A DNA stretch of 64,000 nucleotides from NCBI GenBank assembly GCA_046301755.1, contig JBKCJM010000056.1, positions 4,898-68,897 of the forward strand, written 5' to 3'. The notes beneath the pieces were generated by a model that did not search any database, was not told the origin of the DNA, and worked only from the letters and a program-made list of their open reading frames with translations. Each line of letters opens with the position of its first letter. Positions within the stretch are counted from its first letter, which is position 1. The DNA is from Cyclobacteriaceae bacterium. GTDB lineage: Bacteria; Bacteroidota; Bacteroidia; Cytophagales; Cyclobacteriaceae. Positions 34,666 to 44,205 of the stretch are shown here, one piece after another. A program made the translations under genes and the position numbers.

Positions 34666-35673
34666 ATGTCTACGACTAAAAAATACATTGAGTCATTCAC
34701 CCTGCAACTGGCCGAAGGGCTAAAGCTGGGGCAGGCGCTGGATTTCGTACGTCCGGGCAGCGATATCCGCAACATTGTTATTGCGGGCATGGGTGGTTCG
34801 GGCATCGGGGCCAATTTGGTGGAATCGCTGACCTTTGGCCGCATTCCAATACCCATCACTGTTTGCAAAACCTATAACATTCCTCAGTTTGTCAGTCCGC
34901 ATACGCTATTCATTGCCAGTTCGTACAGCGGCAACACGGAAGAGACGGTGGCTGCCCTTAACAAGGCCATGCTGAAGCGCGCAGAAGTCATTTGCATCGC
35001 CTCAGGCGGCAAAATTCTGGAGATCGCCAAAGAGTATAATCTGCTCTACATTCAGTTGCCGGCCGGATCGGACAGCCCGCGGGCCATGCTGGCTTACAAC
35101 ATGCTGGCGCTGCTCTCCCTGCTGTACCACAGTAATCTGATTGGAGCGGCATATATCAAGGAAACCGAAAATGCGATCGAGTTTCTGAATCGGGGCGAAA
35201 AGGGCATTCAATCGGAGGCTGAATTGATTGCCAAGAAATTGAAAGGCAAGTTGCCGGTGATTTATTGCGACAGCCGACTTCACGCCATGGCGCTGCGGTT
35301 TCAGCAGCAGTTGAACGAAAACAGCAAACAAATGGCCCACGTCAACACCTTCCCCGAAATGAACCACAACGAATTGGTGGGCTGGACTTTCCCAGAGGCA
35401 CTGATGCCCATGCTGCAGGTGATCTATCTGTACTCCGATCACGACCACGAGCGGGTGGAGAAACGCATGGAAATCTGCCGCGACATGTTCGAAAAAAAAT
35501 CGAACCCGATTATTGATGTCATTGGCGAAGGAGCTTCGCTGCTGGAGCAATACTACTACCTCATTCACCTCACCGACTGGATTTCGTACTACCTGGCAAA
35601 GGAAAACGGAGTTGAGCCCGAGCCTATTGAACCCATCCTTTACCTGAAAACAGAGCTCGAGAAAGTAAAGTAG
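34666..35673 (+). CDS. bifunctional phosphoglucose/phosphomannose isomerase (SIS domain)
   Basis: IAGMGGSGIGANLV..ASSYSGNTEET and the length of 335 aa. Confidence 0.8.
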   Translation: MSTTKKYIESFTLQLAEGLKLGQALDFVRPGSDIRNIVIAGMGGSGIGANLVESLTFGRIPIPITVCKTYNIPQFVSPHTLFIASSYSGNTEETVAALNKAMLKRAEVICIASGGKILEIAKEYNLLYIQLPAGSDSPRAMLAYNMLALLSLLYHSNLIGAAYIKETENAIEFLNRGEKGIQSEAELIAKKLKGKLPVIYCDSRLHAMALRFQQQLNENSKQMAHVNTFPEMNHNELVGWTFPEALMPMLQVIYLYSDHDHERVEKRMEICRDMFEKKSNPIIDVIGEGASLLEQYYYLIHLTDWISYYLAKENGVEPEPIEPILYLKTELEKVK

Positions 35674-35685
35674 GTACCTGCCATC

Positions 35686-36402
35686 TTGAACCCAATTTCA
35701 AACAAATCAACCCAACTGCTTAACCTCGGCCTGATTGACTATCAACGCGGATGGGACTACCAAACACGACTGTTTGACGAGATTCTGACCACCAAGAAAA
35801 ACAACCGCGAAAAACCGGGGCATGAGCAGTTGCAAACCCCGAACTACCTGATCACCTGCGAGCACCCGCATGTGTACACACTGGGTAAAAGCGGCAATGA
35901 AAAAAACCTGCTGATCCCGACCGAGAGGCTAACCACCATCGGTGCCACCTATGTTCACACCAACCGGGGTGGCGACATTACTTACCATGGGCCCGGTCAA
36001 CTGGTGGTATATCCGGTAATTGACCTGGAAAACTTCTTCACCGATATCCACCGGTACATGCGATCGCTGGAAGAGGCGGTCATTCAAACGCTGGCGATTT
36101 TCGGCATTACGGCAGGCCGCTCACCCGGCCTCACCGGTGTGTGGCTCGATGCCAACACGCATCATCGTGCCCGGAAAATCTGCGCCATGGGCGTAAAAAC
36201 ATCGCGATGGGTTACGCTGCACGGCCTCGCCCTGAATGTTAACCCAGACCTTTCTTACTTCAACTACATTGTACCGTGTGGCATTGAAAATAAAGCCGTG
36301 ACTTCAATGAAACACGAACTTGACAGGGAATTGCCGCTGGCGGATGTCCAAAAAGAACTGGTTCGGCAACTTGCCCGGATATTTGAGTTCGATCTTTGCT
36401 GA
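35686..36402 (+). CDS. lipB: lipoyl(octanoyl) transferase
   Basis: RGGDITYHGPGQLVVYP, KICAMGV and PCGI motifs. The start codon is TTG. Confidence 0.9.
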   Translation: MNPISNKSTQLLNLGLIDYQRGWDYQTRLFDEILTTKKNNREKPGHEQLQTPNYLITCEHPHVYTLGKSGNEKNLLIPTERLTTIGATYVHTNRGGDITYHGPGQLVVYPVIDLENFFTDIHRYMRSLEEAVIQTLAIFGITAGRSPGLTGVWLDANTHHRARKICAMGVKTSRWVTLHGLALNVNPDLSYFNYIVPCGIENKAVTSMKHELDRELPLADVQKELVRQLARIFEFDLC

Positions 36403-36427
36403 ATCCCTTATCTTTAGAACCGGCCGC

Positions 36428-36832
36428 ATGAAAAAAGATATTGAAATTCCCGAAGTTCAGCGTGTAACGCTGGCCGTTGTGCGCGAAAAAAACCTGGTCA
36501 ATCAGGATGAGTGGAAAGTATACCTGATCAACAACAACGATTTTGCCATCGAAAACACTCTGGTGGCCAGCAAGGGATATGGTGAAAAAGACGGAGAGCC
36601 TCAACGAACATCCACGCTGCGGCATTTTTTGCAAACGGTGGCCGCAAAAGGCTCTGTGCTTATTGAACCAATAGATGCAGCGGTATTTCACCTCACCAAC
36701 GAATACTGGGTGAGCTACTACATCGGCCGGCAGATTTACGACAAGCGTTTTGTTTTTGTGCCGGAAAGCATCAAGGAAGAAAACCTTACGTTCATCAAAG
36801 AATTGGACATGCAAGGCGTGCTTCACTCCTGA
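36428..36832 (+). CDS. hypothetical protein (134 aa)
   Basis: I chose the internal ATG at 36428 so the gene does not overlap lipB. I recognise no motifs. It is tightly packed between lipB and the exonuclease gene. Confidence 0.55.
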   Translation: MKKDIEIPEVQRVTLAVVREKNLVNQDEWKVYLINNNDFAIENTLVASKGYGEKDGEPQRTSTLRHFLQTVAAKGSVLIEPIDAAVFHLTNEYWVSYYIGRQIYDKRFVFVPESIKEENLTFIKELDMQGVLHS

Positions 36833-36859
36833 GTGTAAAAGATTGTCTATCTTTCCTTC

Positions 36860-37567
36860 ATGACGTCCGAACTGAAAAGCATCCTCTTTCTGGATATCGA
36901 AACGATTCGGGGTGTAGAGCGCTTCGACCAGTTGAATGAGCGATTGAAACCGCAGTGGGCCCGAAAGGCCGCCTTCCTGAAGCGCGATGAACACCAGACC
37001 GATGGCGATTTGTACCACGACCGTGCCGGCATTTATGCCGAATTCGGAAAAGTTATCGTCATCGCAATGGGAAAGTATACCGAGGATGACAAGGGTCAGT
37101 TAGGACTTAAGACGCGGGTCCTCGCGGGCGATGACGAAAAAAAGCTGTTGCTGGAATTCAAGAGCCTGCTGGAAAAGATGGACAACGCAACCCGCCTGTG
37201 TGCACACAACGGCAAAGAATTTGACTTTCCCTACCTCAGCCGCAGAATGCTCATTAATGACATTCTCCCCCCGGATCTGCTTAACCAGTCCGGGCGGAAA
37301 CCCTGGGAAGTAAGTCACCTCGATACCATGGAACTGTGGAAGTTTGGTGATTACAAGCATTACACCTCGCTCGACTTGCTGGCAGCCCTTTTCAATATTC
37401 CCACAAGCAAAGGTGTGATGGACGGTTCGATGGTAAATACCGTCTATTATGAGGAAAAAAATCTGGGCAAGATTGCAGAGTACTGCGTAGGCGATGTCGT
37501 TGCCATTGCTCAACTCTATTTAAAATTCAAAGGGATGCCCTTGCTGGCGCCTCACCTCATCCACTAA
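36860..37567 (+). CDS. 3'-5' exonuclease, RNase H-like fold (DnaQ/PolB-exo-like)
   Basis: ExoI-like LFLDIETI, a later HNGKEFDFPYL, and GDVVAIAQLY. Confidence 0.7.
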   Translation: MTSELKSILFLDIETIRGVERFDQLNERLKPQWARKAAFLKRDEHQTDGDLYHDRAGIYAEFGKVIVIAMGKYTEDDKGQLGLKTRVLAGDDEKKLLLEFKSLLEKMDNATRLCAHNGKEFDFPYLSRRMLINDILPPDLLNQSGRKPWEVSHLDTMELWKFGDYKHYTSLDLLAALFNIPTSKGVMDGSMVNTVYYEEKNLGKIAEYCVGDVVAIAQLYLKFKGMPLLAPHLIH

Positions 37568-37569
37568 TC

Positions 37570-39723
37570 ATGTCAAAAAGGAAATTCAAGGAGAAGAAAG
37601 AAAAAAAACAGAAAGACAAACACACCTCGCTGTTTCGGCAGGTATTAAATCTCTTTGAGGAGAACCCCGGCCGCGTGTACGATTTTAAGCAAGTGGCGCG
37701 AAAGGCCGGGGCTAAGAACAAGGCGCTGAATGAGGATTTGTTTTCCATCCTGGAGAGTTTGGTAGAAAGTGGAAAAATCCGACAGTTGCCGCATGGCGGC
37801 TACGCGTCTACGAAAAAAACAGATACGGTAACGGGTGTGCTCGACCACGTCAATCCGCGGTTTGGATATGTGGTAACGGGCCAGGAAGGCAGTAAGGATA
37901 TCTACGTGCGTACACAGGACCTGGGCAACGCCCTCCATGGCGACACCGTGGAGGTAGAACTGCTGAACAGGCGCACCGGCCAGAATCCGGAAGGCAAGGT
38001 GACGGAAGTAGTGAAGCGCGCCCGCACCCGATTTGTCGGGAGGGTTGAGATTTCGAAAAATTACGCCTTTGTTGTTCCCGACTTCAAAAAGATCTACCAG
38101 GACTTCTTCATCTACCCTGAGAACATTAAAGGGGCCGTCTCGAATGATAAGGTGGTGATTGAAGTAACCCGTTGGGGTGAAGGCGACAAAAGCCATGAGG
38201 GCAAAATTGTTGAGATACTCGGAAAGACGGGCGAAAATGAGGCGGAGATTCACTCCATCATGGCTGAGTTTGACCTGCCGTTCCGCTTTCCGGAAAACGT
38301 TACTGCCGAAGCGGAGTCGATCGCAGGTGAGATTTCAGACGAAGAAGTCAAAAATCGAAAAGACTTCCGTGGGGTAATTACCTTCACCATTGATCCTGAA
38401 GATGCCAAAGATTTTGATGATGCCTTGTCCTTCCGCACACTGGCGAACGGCCACTACGAGATTGGCGTGCACATAGCCGATGTTACACATTATGTAAAAC
38501 CAGGCACTGTTCTCGAGGCCGATGCCTTTGACCGGGCCACTTCGGTGTACCTGGTCGACCGCACGGTGCCAATGTTGCCTGAGCGCCTGTCAAACGGACT
38601 GTGCTCGCTTCGGCCCAGGGAAGATAAGCTCACATTCGCTGCTGTGTTCGAGATGGATGCAAAAGGAAAAATTCACCAGGAATGGTACGGGCGCACCATC
38701 ATTCACAGTGACCACCGATTCACCTACGAGCAGGCACAGGAAGTCATTGAAACCGGCTCCGGCATGTTTACGGCCGAGCTAAAAATTCTGAATGAGCTGC
38801 ACCACACCTTGCGGAAGGAGAGATTCAAAAAAGGTGCGGTGAACTTTGAGACCAGCGAAGTCAAGTTCAAACTGGATGAAAAAGGGAAGCCTCTCGCGGT
38901 GGTTCCCAAGGTGCGTAAAGATGCTCACAAACTTATTGAAGAGTTTATGCTTTTGGCCAACCGCGGGGTAGCCACCTTCATCTTCAAAATGAAAAAGGGA
39001 GACGAGAAGAATACATTTGTCTATCGTACCCACGATTTGCCTGATCCGGAAAAAGTGCAGGACTTCGCCACCTTCGCCCGGCAGTTTGGCCATAAGCTGG
39101 AGGTGGAAGAAAAATCCATATCGCGATCACTCAACCGGCTGATGGATGAAATCGAGGGCAAACCCGAACAGAACGTGCTGCAATCGCTAGCCGTGCGCGC
39201 CATGGCTAAGGCGAAATACACGACCGAAGCCAAGGGTCACTTCGGCCTGGCGTTCGACCACTACACGCATTTTACTTCACCTATTCGCAGGTACCCGGAT
39301 ATGATGGTGCACCGGCTGCTTCAACATTACCTGGATAAAGGAAAATCGGTCAACAAAAAGGAGTTTGAAGAAAAGTGCATCCACAGCAGTGAACGCGAGA
39401 AACGGGCGGCTGATGCCGAACGTGCCTCCATCAAATACAAGCAGGTGGAGTTCATGAGCATGGCGAGTAAGCGGCCTTATGAAGGTATTATTTCAGGTGT
39501 TACCGACTTCGGCATCTTTGTGGAAATCATTGAAACCAAGTGTGAGGGCATGGCGCGGTTGGCTGATATGAAAGACGACTTCTATGAATGGGACGAGCGC
39601 AACTACCGGGTCATCGGCAGACGAAGAAAAAAGGTGTACCGGTTGGGTGATGAAGTGATGGTGACAATCAAGAAATGTGATGTCGACCGCAGGCTCATTG
39701 ACCTGAACATTGAGGAATTCTGA
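37570..39723 (+). CDS. rnr: ribonuclease R
   Basis: The RNB core is present (TIDPEDAKDFDDAL, VHIADVTHYV, SVYLVDRTVPMLPE, FTSPIRRYPDMMVHR), with a C-terminal S1 domain. Confidence 0.9.
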   Translation: MSKRKFKEKKEKKQKDKHTSLFRQVLNLFEENPGRVYDFKQVARKAGAKNKALNEDLFSILESLVESGKIRQLPHGGYASTKKTDTVTGVLDHVNPRFGYVVTGQEGSKDIYVRTQDLGNALHGDTVEVELLNRRTGQNPEGKVTEVVKRARTRFVGRVEISKNYAFVVPDFKKIYQDFFIYPENIKGAVSNDKVVIEVTRWGEGDKSHEGKIVEILGKTGENEAEIHSIMAEFDLPFRFPENVTAEAESIAGEISDEEVKNRKDFRGVITFTIDPEDAKDFDDALSFRTLANGHYEIGVHIADVTHYVKPGTVLEADAFDRATSVYLVDRTVPMLPERLSNGLCSLRPREDKLTFAAVFEMDAKGKIHQEWYGRTIIHSDHRFTYEQAQEVIETGSGMFTAELKILNELHHTLRKERFKKGAVNFETSEVKFKLDEKGKPLAVVPKVRKDAHKLIEEFMLLANRGVATFIFKMKKGDEKNTFVYRTHDLPDPEKVQDFATFARQFGHKLEVEEKSISRSLNRLMDEIEGKPEQNVLQSLAVRAMAKAKYTTEAKGHFGLAFDHYTHFTSPIRRYPDMMVHRLLQHYLDKGKSVNKKEFEEKCIHSSEREKRAADAERASIKYKQVEFMSMASKRPYEGIISGVTDFGIFVEIIETKCEGMARLADMKDDFYEWDERNYRVIGRRRKKVYRLGDEVMVTIKKCDVDRRLIDLNIEEF

Positions 39724-39746
39724 AAGTCGCAGCGATCCCTTATTTC

Positions 39747-40703
39747 CTACTTTAGTTTTCGCACAAATTCGACAACACCCCGGACTAACTCGGCCTTCAG
39801 CGGCTGAGTCGGCTGAAAATAGGTCTTGATGTTTTCTGCCCGGTCGGACGGTGCCTCGCGAAAAACATGATTTATTCCTTCAATCATCAGGTAAACGGCC
39901 GTTGGTTTTGCATTCGCCAAGGCCTCTGCATCAGCCATGGAGACCTGGATATCCGTAGTTCCCTGCACGATCATGGCCGGCATGTGTAACCGCTGAAATT
40001 CCTGTGCCGGATCATACTTCATCCACGAAATCAAAAAGGGTTGGATGCTCGGGCGAAATAAACCAGACAACAGCATAGGCACCTGTCGCACGCGCAGCCC
40101 CATTTTCAGTGAATCAATTATTTGATCAGCCGATTGAATCAACTGGGCTGGGTTATTGGTGTTGGCGTGAAGTTGTTCCTTCAGGATCGTGTCGATTGGC
40201 CGGCCGGCCCCGGCAAGTGAGATAAACCCATCCACGCGTACGCGCTGGGCTGCCAACATTCCTAATAGAGATCCTTCGCTATGGCCAGCCACGACTACTT
40301 TCGAAAATCTCTTATCTTTTCTTAACCAATCAACCCAACGAGCAGCATCGTTAGCAAAATCTTCCAGTACAAGTTCCTCCTCTCGTCCAAAAAATTTACT
40401 CTTACTTATACCGCGTTTGTCATATCGCAAGGATGCAATACCATTGTCAGCAAGGCTTTCTGCCAATAACTTAAGATAACCCGACTTAAAAGCCGGGCTG
40501 TTTCCATCCCGATCCGTTGGCCCTGACCCTGCAATAATGAGTACCACATTGACGCTGCCAGGGCCATCGGGGATGAGAAGAGTGCCCTTGAGTACACGAA
40601 CCGCACTGGAATCGGTTACTAGCTCTTCTTTGCCACTCTGGGCGACTAGGCGGGGCGAGTGTAGCAGAGTTAGCCCCAACCAAAAGATGCAGATCAGCTT
40701 CAT
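39747..40703 (-). CDS. secreted alpha/beta hydrolase
   Basis: Signal peptide MKLICIFWLGLTLLHSPRLVAQ from ATG 40703, and the nucleophile elbow VAGHSEGS. Confidence 0.75.
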   Translation of the reverse strand: MKLICIFWLGLTLLHSPRLVAQSGKEELVTDSSAVRVLKGTLLIPDGPGSVNVVLIIAGSGPTDRDGNSPAFKSGYLKLLAESLADNGIASLRYDKRGISKSKFFGREEELVLEDFANDAARWVDWLRKDKRFSKVVVAGHSEGSLLGMLAAQRVRVDGFISLAGAGRPIDTILKEQLHANTNNPAQLIQSADQIIDSLKMGLRVRQVPMLLSGLFRPSIQPFLISWMKYDPAQEFQRLHMPAMIVQGTTDIQVSMADAEALANAKPTAVYLMIEGINHVFREAPSDRAENIKTYFQPTQPLKAELVRGVVEFVRKLK

Positions 40704-40969
40704 GGGGTGCCGGGCTTGTACGCTACTACGAACTTCTGCACAACATCGCATCCGACCACCTCGGTGGTCAGGGGCCCATACAATGCTTCGTAGGGTTTGT
40801 TTCCACATCCCAGATCAAGCAGGCGACCGCGCGCAAACTGCTTCAGGGCCTCCTGAATATCTCGTACGAGAAAGTAATAATGAATGTAAGAGGGATCTTT
40901 TGACTTGATTCGCCAGTCAGCTAAACGAGGTAAGTCGTGGCTCATGCGCCCTAAGGTAGAACTTTTCAA
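40700..40969 (-). pseudogene. N-terminal remnant of a class I SAM-dependent methyltransferase
   Basis: The ORF has only 89 codons. It keeps motif I (RLLDLGCGNKPY) and the following acidic loop (VVGCDVV) and then runs into a stop that overlaps the hydrolase ATG (ATGA). Confidence 0.5.
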
Positions 40970-43410
40970 ATACTAGCTGCGTAGTAGACCCGCTTCACGC
41001 GCTCGCTCGTAGCTGTCAGAATTTCGTAAGGAATCGTGTCGATACGCGAAGCCACCTCCGCAATGGAAAACTGCGGGCCAAAAACAATCACTTCATCTCC
41101 TTCGCGTACATCAATGCCCGTTACATCCACCATCGTCATATCCATGCATACATTGCCAATTACGGGCGCCAACTTCCCTTTGATCCATACAGCACCCTTA
41201 CCACGGCTAAGGGCGCGACTGAATCCATCGGCATATCCGATGGCTATCGTAGCCGTGGTTGTAGGCCGTGCCGCGGTTCCTCTCCTGCCGTAACCAATGG
41301 TATCGCCCGCGTCAATCACTTTTACTTGCGACACAACTGACTTCAGTGTAGCTACGGGCTTTAATTCGGGAACAACCTGGGCTGTTGGGCTAACGCCATA
41401 CAAGCCAATGCCCAACCGAACCATATCGAGTTGGCCCTCTGGGAAGCGGAGAATACCCGGAGAATTCAATGCATGCCGAAGCGGGCGATAACCAATCTTT
41501 TGCTCCAACAGGGCGCAGGCCCGTGAAAATGTCGCGAGTTGCCGATGCGAAAATTCATCGTGTTGTGGTTCATCGGCAGCCGCCAGGTGCGTAAACACGC
41601 TGGCCACCCGCACATTTGGAATTTGTGTAAGCCGATCGAAGATCGTTGGCCACTCATTCTCCACAAAACCTAGGCGATGCATGCCCGTATCGATTTTTAG
41701 ATGAATATGGAGCGCGCGGCCATCAAGACGTTGAACGATTTCTTCAAACTGAGACGTGCTGAAAACCTCCGGCTCCAACTGATGCTTCAGGCACAGCTCG
41801 AGCGACTCGGCTGAAGCATTCATGACCATGATGGGCAATCGGATATGGTTCTTTCGCAACTCGACTCCTTCGTCCGGGTAAGCAACACCCAGGTAATCGA
41901 CCTTATGGAACTGCAGCAGGTTGCCGATTTCTTCACTGCCACTGCCGTAGGCAAAGGCTTTCACCATCGCCATTAACTTCACCCCGGGCTGCAAGCGCGA
42001 ACGGAAAAAGTTCAGGTTGTGCACCATGGCATCAAGGTCAATTTCCATTACCGTGCCGTGAACTTTACGTTGGAGAAGCGAAACGATTTTTTCAAACTGG
42101 AAGGATCGCGCCCCCTTCACCAGGATTACTTCGCGATCGAAATGTTGGAGATCTGCTTTTTGAACAAATTCGGCTACGGATGAATAGAATTCACACCGGC
42201 TCACCGCTGCCGCAATGAGCGCCCGGTGTGCACCAAGCACCTCGCCAACACCAACAAACCGATTGACTCCGGCCTTTTGAAGCAAATGCGCTAACTCCCC
42301 TACCCAATCCGTTGCCGGGCGACCGCTCTGCAACACATCGGACAGGATGACGGTCTTGTTTTTTTTCTGAATGTTGGACAAAAAATCAAGACTGATATGC
42401 AAGCCGCCCAGGTCATTGTTGTACGTATCGTCAACAATCTGGCATTGGTTGATACCCTGCTTCAACTCGAGCCGCATAGGTACCGCCCGCAGCTGACGCA
42501 AACGGGCCTGAATGGTGGTTGGATTTACCTTAAGCCACATCATGACCGCAACAGCATGAAGTGCGTTCTCCTGAAGAGCCCGGTCGGTAAACGGAAAAGC
42601 CAGGCTCACTTCAACGCCCTCGAAAAAGATTTCTGCGCCATCAGCGCCCCAATGCTGCAGGTGCAAATCCGAATCAGCATGAACGCCCCACGTGAAAGTC
42701 TTGCCACGAAAACTCCGCGCAACCTCCTGGTGAATCTCCTGGTGGTCGCGACAATACATCAGCGTTTGCGCTGACGTGAAAAGCTTCATTTTCTCACGGA
42801 TTTTGTCCTGTCGCGTGCGAAATCCTTCATCATGAGCCGGGCCTATGTTGGTGAACAGCCCAATTGTGGGTTGAATCATGCGCGCGAGCGCTTCCATCTC
42901 GCCCGGCTGCGAGATGCCTGCTTCAAAAAGCGCCAACTCGTGGTAGGGCTGCAGGTGCCAGATCGAGAGCGGCACTCCGATTTGAGAATTGTAACTGCCG
43001 GGGTTTTTGCAAATGCTGAAATCGGGCGATAGAAGCTGATACAGCCACTCTTTGATAATGGTTTTGCCGTTGCTGCCGGTAATACCCATTACCGGAATCC
43101 GAAAGGAGGCGCGATGAGCGGCAGCCAGATCTTGCAAGGCACCTACCGATGATTCAACCAAGAGCAGGTTGGCCTCCGGAAAGTCTAACGGGTTAACTTC
43201 ATGCTCAACAACAAACTGACGCACTCCGGCTTTGTATAACTCCTGGATAAACCGATGGGCATCGTGGCGCTGGCCGCGAATGGCAAAGAACAATGTGACA
43301 GGTGAAGCTATCGCTTTACGGCTGTCGGTGGCCAGATAGACCACTTCGCGATCCCCGGCCATCGCCAAAACGCGGCCACGGCAAACATCAGCTAGTTGAG
43401 AAAATCGCAT
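40966..43410 (-). CDS. murF: bifunctional UDP-MurNAc-pentapeptide synthetase (MurF) / alanine racemase (Alr)
   Basis: The MurF P-loop is GITGSNGKT. The C-terminal half has the racemase PLP site MAMVKAFAYGSG and YGV..IGYG motifs. I chose ATG 43410 as the start (MRFSQLADV). Confidence 0.9.
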   Translation of the reverse strand: MRFSQLADVCRGRVLAMAGDREVVYLATDSRKAIASPVTLFFAIRGQRHDAHRFIQELYKAGVRQFVVEHEVNPLDFPEANLLLVESSVGALQDLAAAHRASFRIPVMGITGSNGKTIIKEWLYQLLSPDFSICKNPGSYNSQIGVPLSIWHLQPYHELALFEAGISQPGEMEALARMIQPTIGLFTNIGPAHDEGFRTRQDKIREKMKLFTSAQTLMYCRDHQEIHQEVARSFRGKTFTWGVHADSDLHLQHWGADGAEIFFEGVEVSLAFPFTDRALQENALHAVAVMMWLKVNPTTIQARLRQLRAVPMRLELKQGINQCQIVDDTYNNDLGGLHISLDFLSNIQKKNKTVILSDVLQSGRPATDWVGELAHLLQKAGVNRFVGVGEVLGAHRALIAAAVSRCEFYSSVAEFVQKADLQHFDREVILVKGARSFQFEKIVSLLQRKVHGTVMEIDLDAMVHNLNFFRSRLQPGVKLMAMVKAFAYGSGSEEIGNLLQFHKVDYLGVAYPDEGVELRKNHIRLPIMVMNASAESLELCLKHQLEPEVFSTSQFEEIVQRLDGRALHIHLKIDTGMHRLGFVENEWPTIFDRLTQIPNVRVASVFTHLAAADEPQHDEFSHRQLATFSRACALLEQKIGYRPLRHALNSPGILRFPEGQLDMVRLGIGLYGVSPTAQVVPELKPVATLKSVVSQVKVIDAGDTIGYGRRGTAARPTTTATIAIGYADGFSRALSRGKGAVWIKGKLAPVIGNVCMDMTMVDVTGIDVREGDEVIVFGPQFSIAEVASRIDTIPYEILTATSERVKRVYYAASI

Positions 43411-43411
43411 G

Positions 43412-43744
43412 TCAGAATAGTCGCGAACCGTTGGGCACTTTCCTTTCAACAGATGTCAGCACAACATCACCATGCTCATCCGCAAAGCCGGTTACCAATA
43501 CTTCCGAAGTGAACGAGGCTATCTTTTTCCGACCAAAATTGACTACACAAACAACCTGACGGCCGGGCAGGTCGGCCACGGTGTAATGACGGGTAATCTG
43601 GGCGCTGGAGGCCTTGATGCCCAGGTCGGGGCCAAGATCAATCCAGAGCTTAAAAGCGGGCTTTTTTGCCTCCGGAAAGGGTTCTGCCCGTACCACAGTA
43701 CCGGCCCGAAGGTCGATTCTCGAAAAATCCTCCCACTGAATCAT
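43412..43744 (-). CDS. tRNA-binding domain protein (CsaA/EMAP-like)
   Basis: [38 protein letters not shown]. Confidence 0.8.
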   Translation of the reverse strand: MIQWEDFSRIDLRAGTVVRAEPFPEAKKPAFKLWIDLGPDLGIKASSAQITRHYTVADLPGRQVVCVVNFGRKKIASFTSEVLVTGFADEHGDVVLTSVERKVPNGSRLF

Positions 43745-43753
43745 ATATTTCCC

Positions 43754-43761
43754 TACTTTTG
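43754..43761 (+). promoter_or_regulatory. -7 element TACTTTTG upstream of ORF 43810
   Basis: Matches TAnnTTTG and lies 48 nt upstream of the TTG start at 43810. Confidence 0.3.
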
Positions 43762-43809
43762 ATATCGTTACGCAAAGTAAACTGTTAAAGCCATTAGAGG
43801 CCACAGAGC

Positions 43810-44160
43810 TTGAAGGTACACAGCAACCATATTCTTTTTCTTTTTACCCTGCTGATGTTTAGCTCAGCAGCGTTCGCTCAGGAGGGTATTCCGGGCCAGC
43901 CCGAACGTGAGGCGCCACCCATAGAGTCTACCGAAAATCAGGAGGTGGAAAAGGTGAATTTTTCAGATGAATCTGCAAGGCCACTGCCCGCGCGCGAAGC
44001 CCAGGTTATTGCACCGTCATCGAATAGCAACATGGGCAAAGTACCCAAACCGGCTGCAAAAAACGACAGCCAAAACACCAAGGAAAACGCAGACCCGCTT
44101 AATTTCAACTTCCTCTACTACGTAATCCAGAAATTCAAGTCATCCGATATCCTTGATTAG
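43810..44160 (+). CDS. small secreted protein of unknown function
   Basis: Signal peptide [24 protein letters not shown] (TTG start), a low-complexity P/E/A middle region, and the C-terminus [20 protein letters not shown]. Confidence 0.5.
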   Translation: MKVHSNHILFLFTLLMFSSAAFAQEGIPGQPEREAPPIESTENQEVEKVNFSDESARPLPAREAQVIAPSSNSNMGKVPKPAAKNDSQNTKENADPLNFNFLYYVIQKFKSSDILD

Positions 44161-44178
44161 GATAAGAGCTTGATTCTT

Positions 44179-44200
44179 TACCTTTGCAACCTTGTTGCAA
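44179..44200 (+). promoter_or_regulatory. -7 element TACCTTTG overlapped by the palindrome TTGCAAC-CTT-GTTGCAA (candidate operator) for the TonB-dependent receptor gene
   Basis: TAnnTTTG is at 44179-44186. The perfect 7-3-7 inverted repeat at 44184-44200 ends 5 nt before the GTG start at 44206. Confidence 0.45.
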
Positions 44201-44205
44201 AATCA

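Noticed and set aside
35002-35568. 188-aa minus-strand ORF, and similar antisense ORFs at 37645-38253, 56639-57196 and 60000-60608
   Set aside because: All lie antisense within genes that have strong family signatures (PGI/PMI, RNase R, redoxin, Asd). I treat them as shadow ORFs.
36260-37018. 252-aa minus-strand ORF spanning the lipB 3' end, ORF 36428-36832 and the exonuclease 5' end
   Set aside because: It overlaps three tightly packed plus-strand genes, two of which have clear family motifs. It has no signal or motif of its own.
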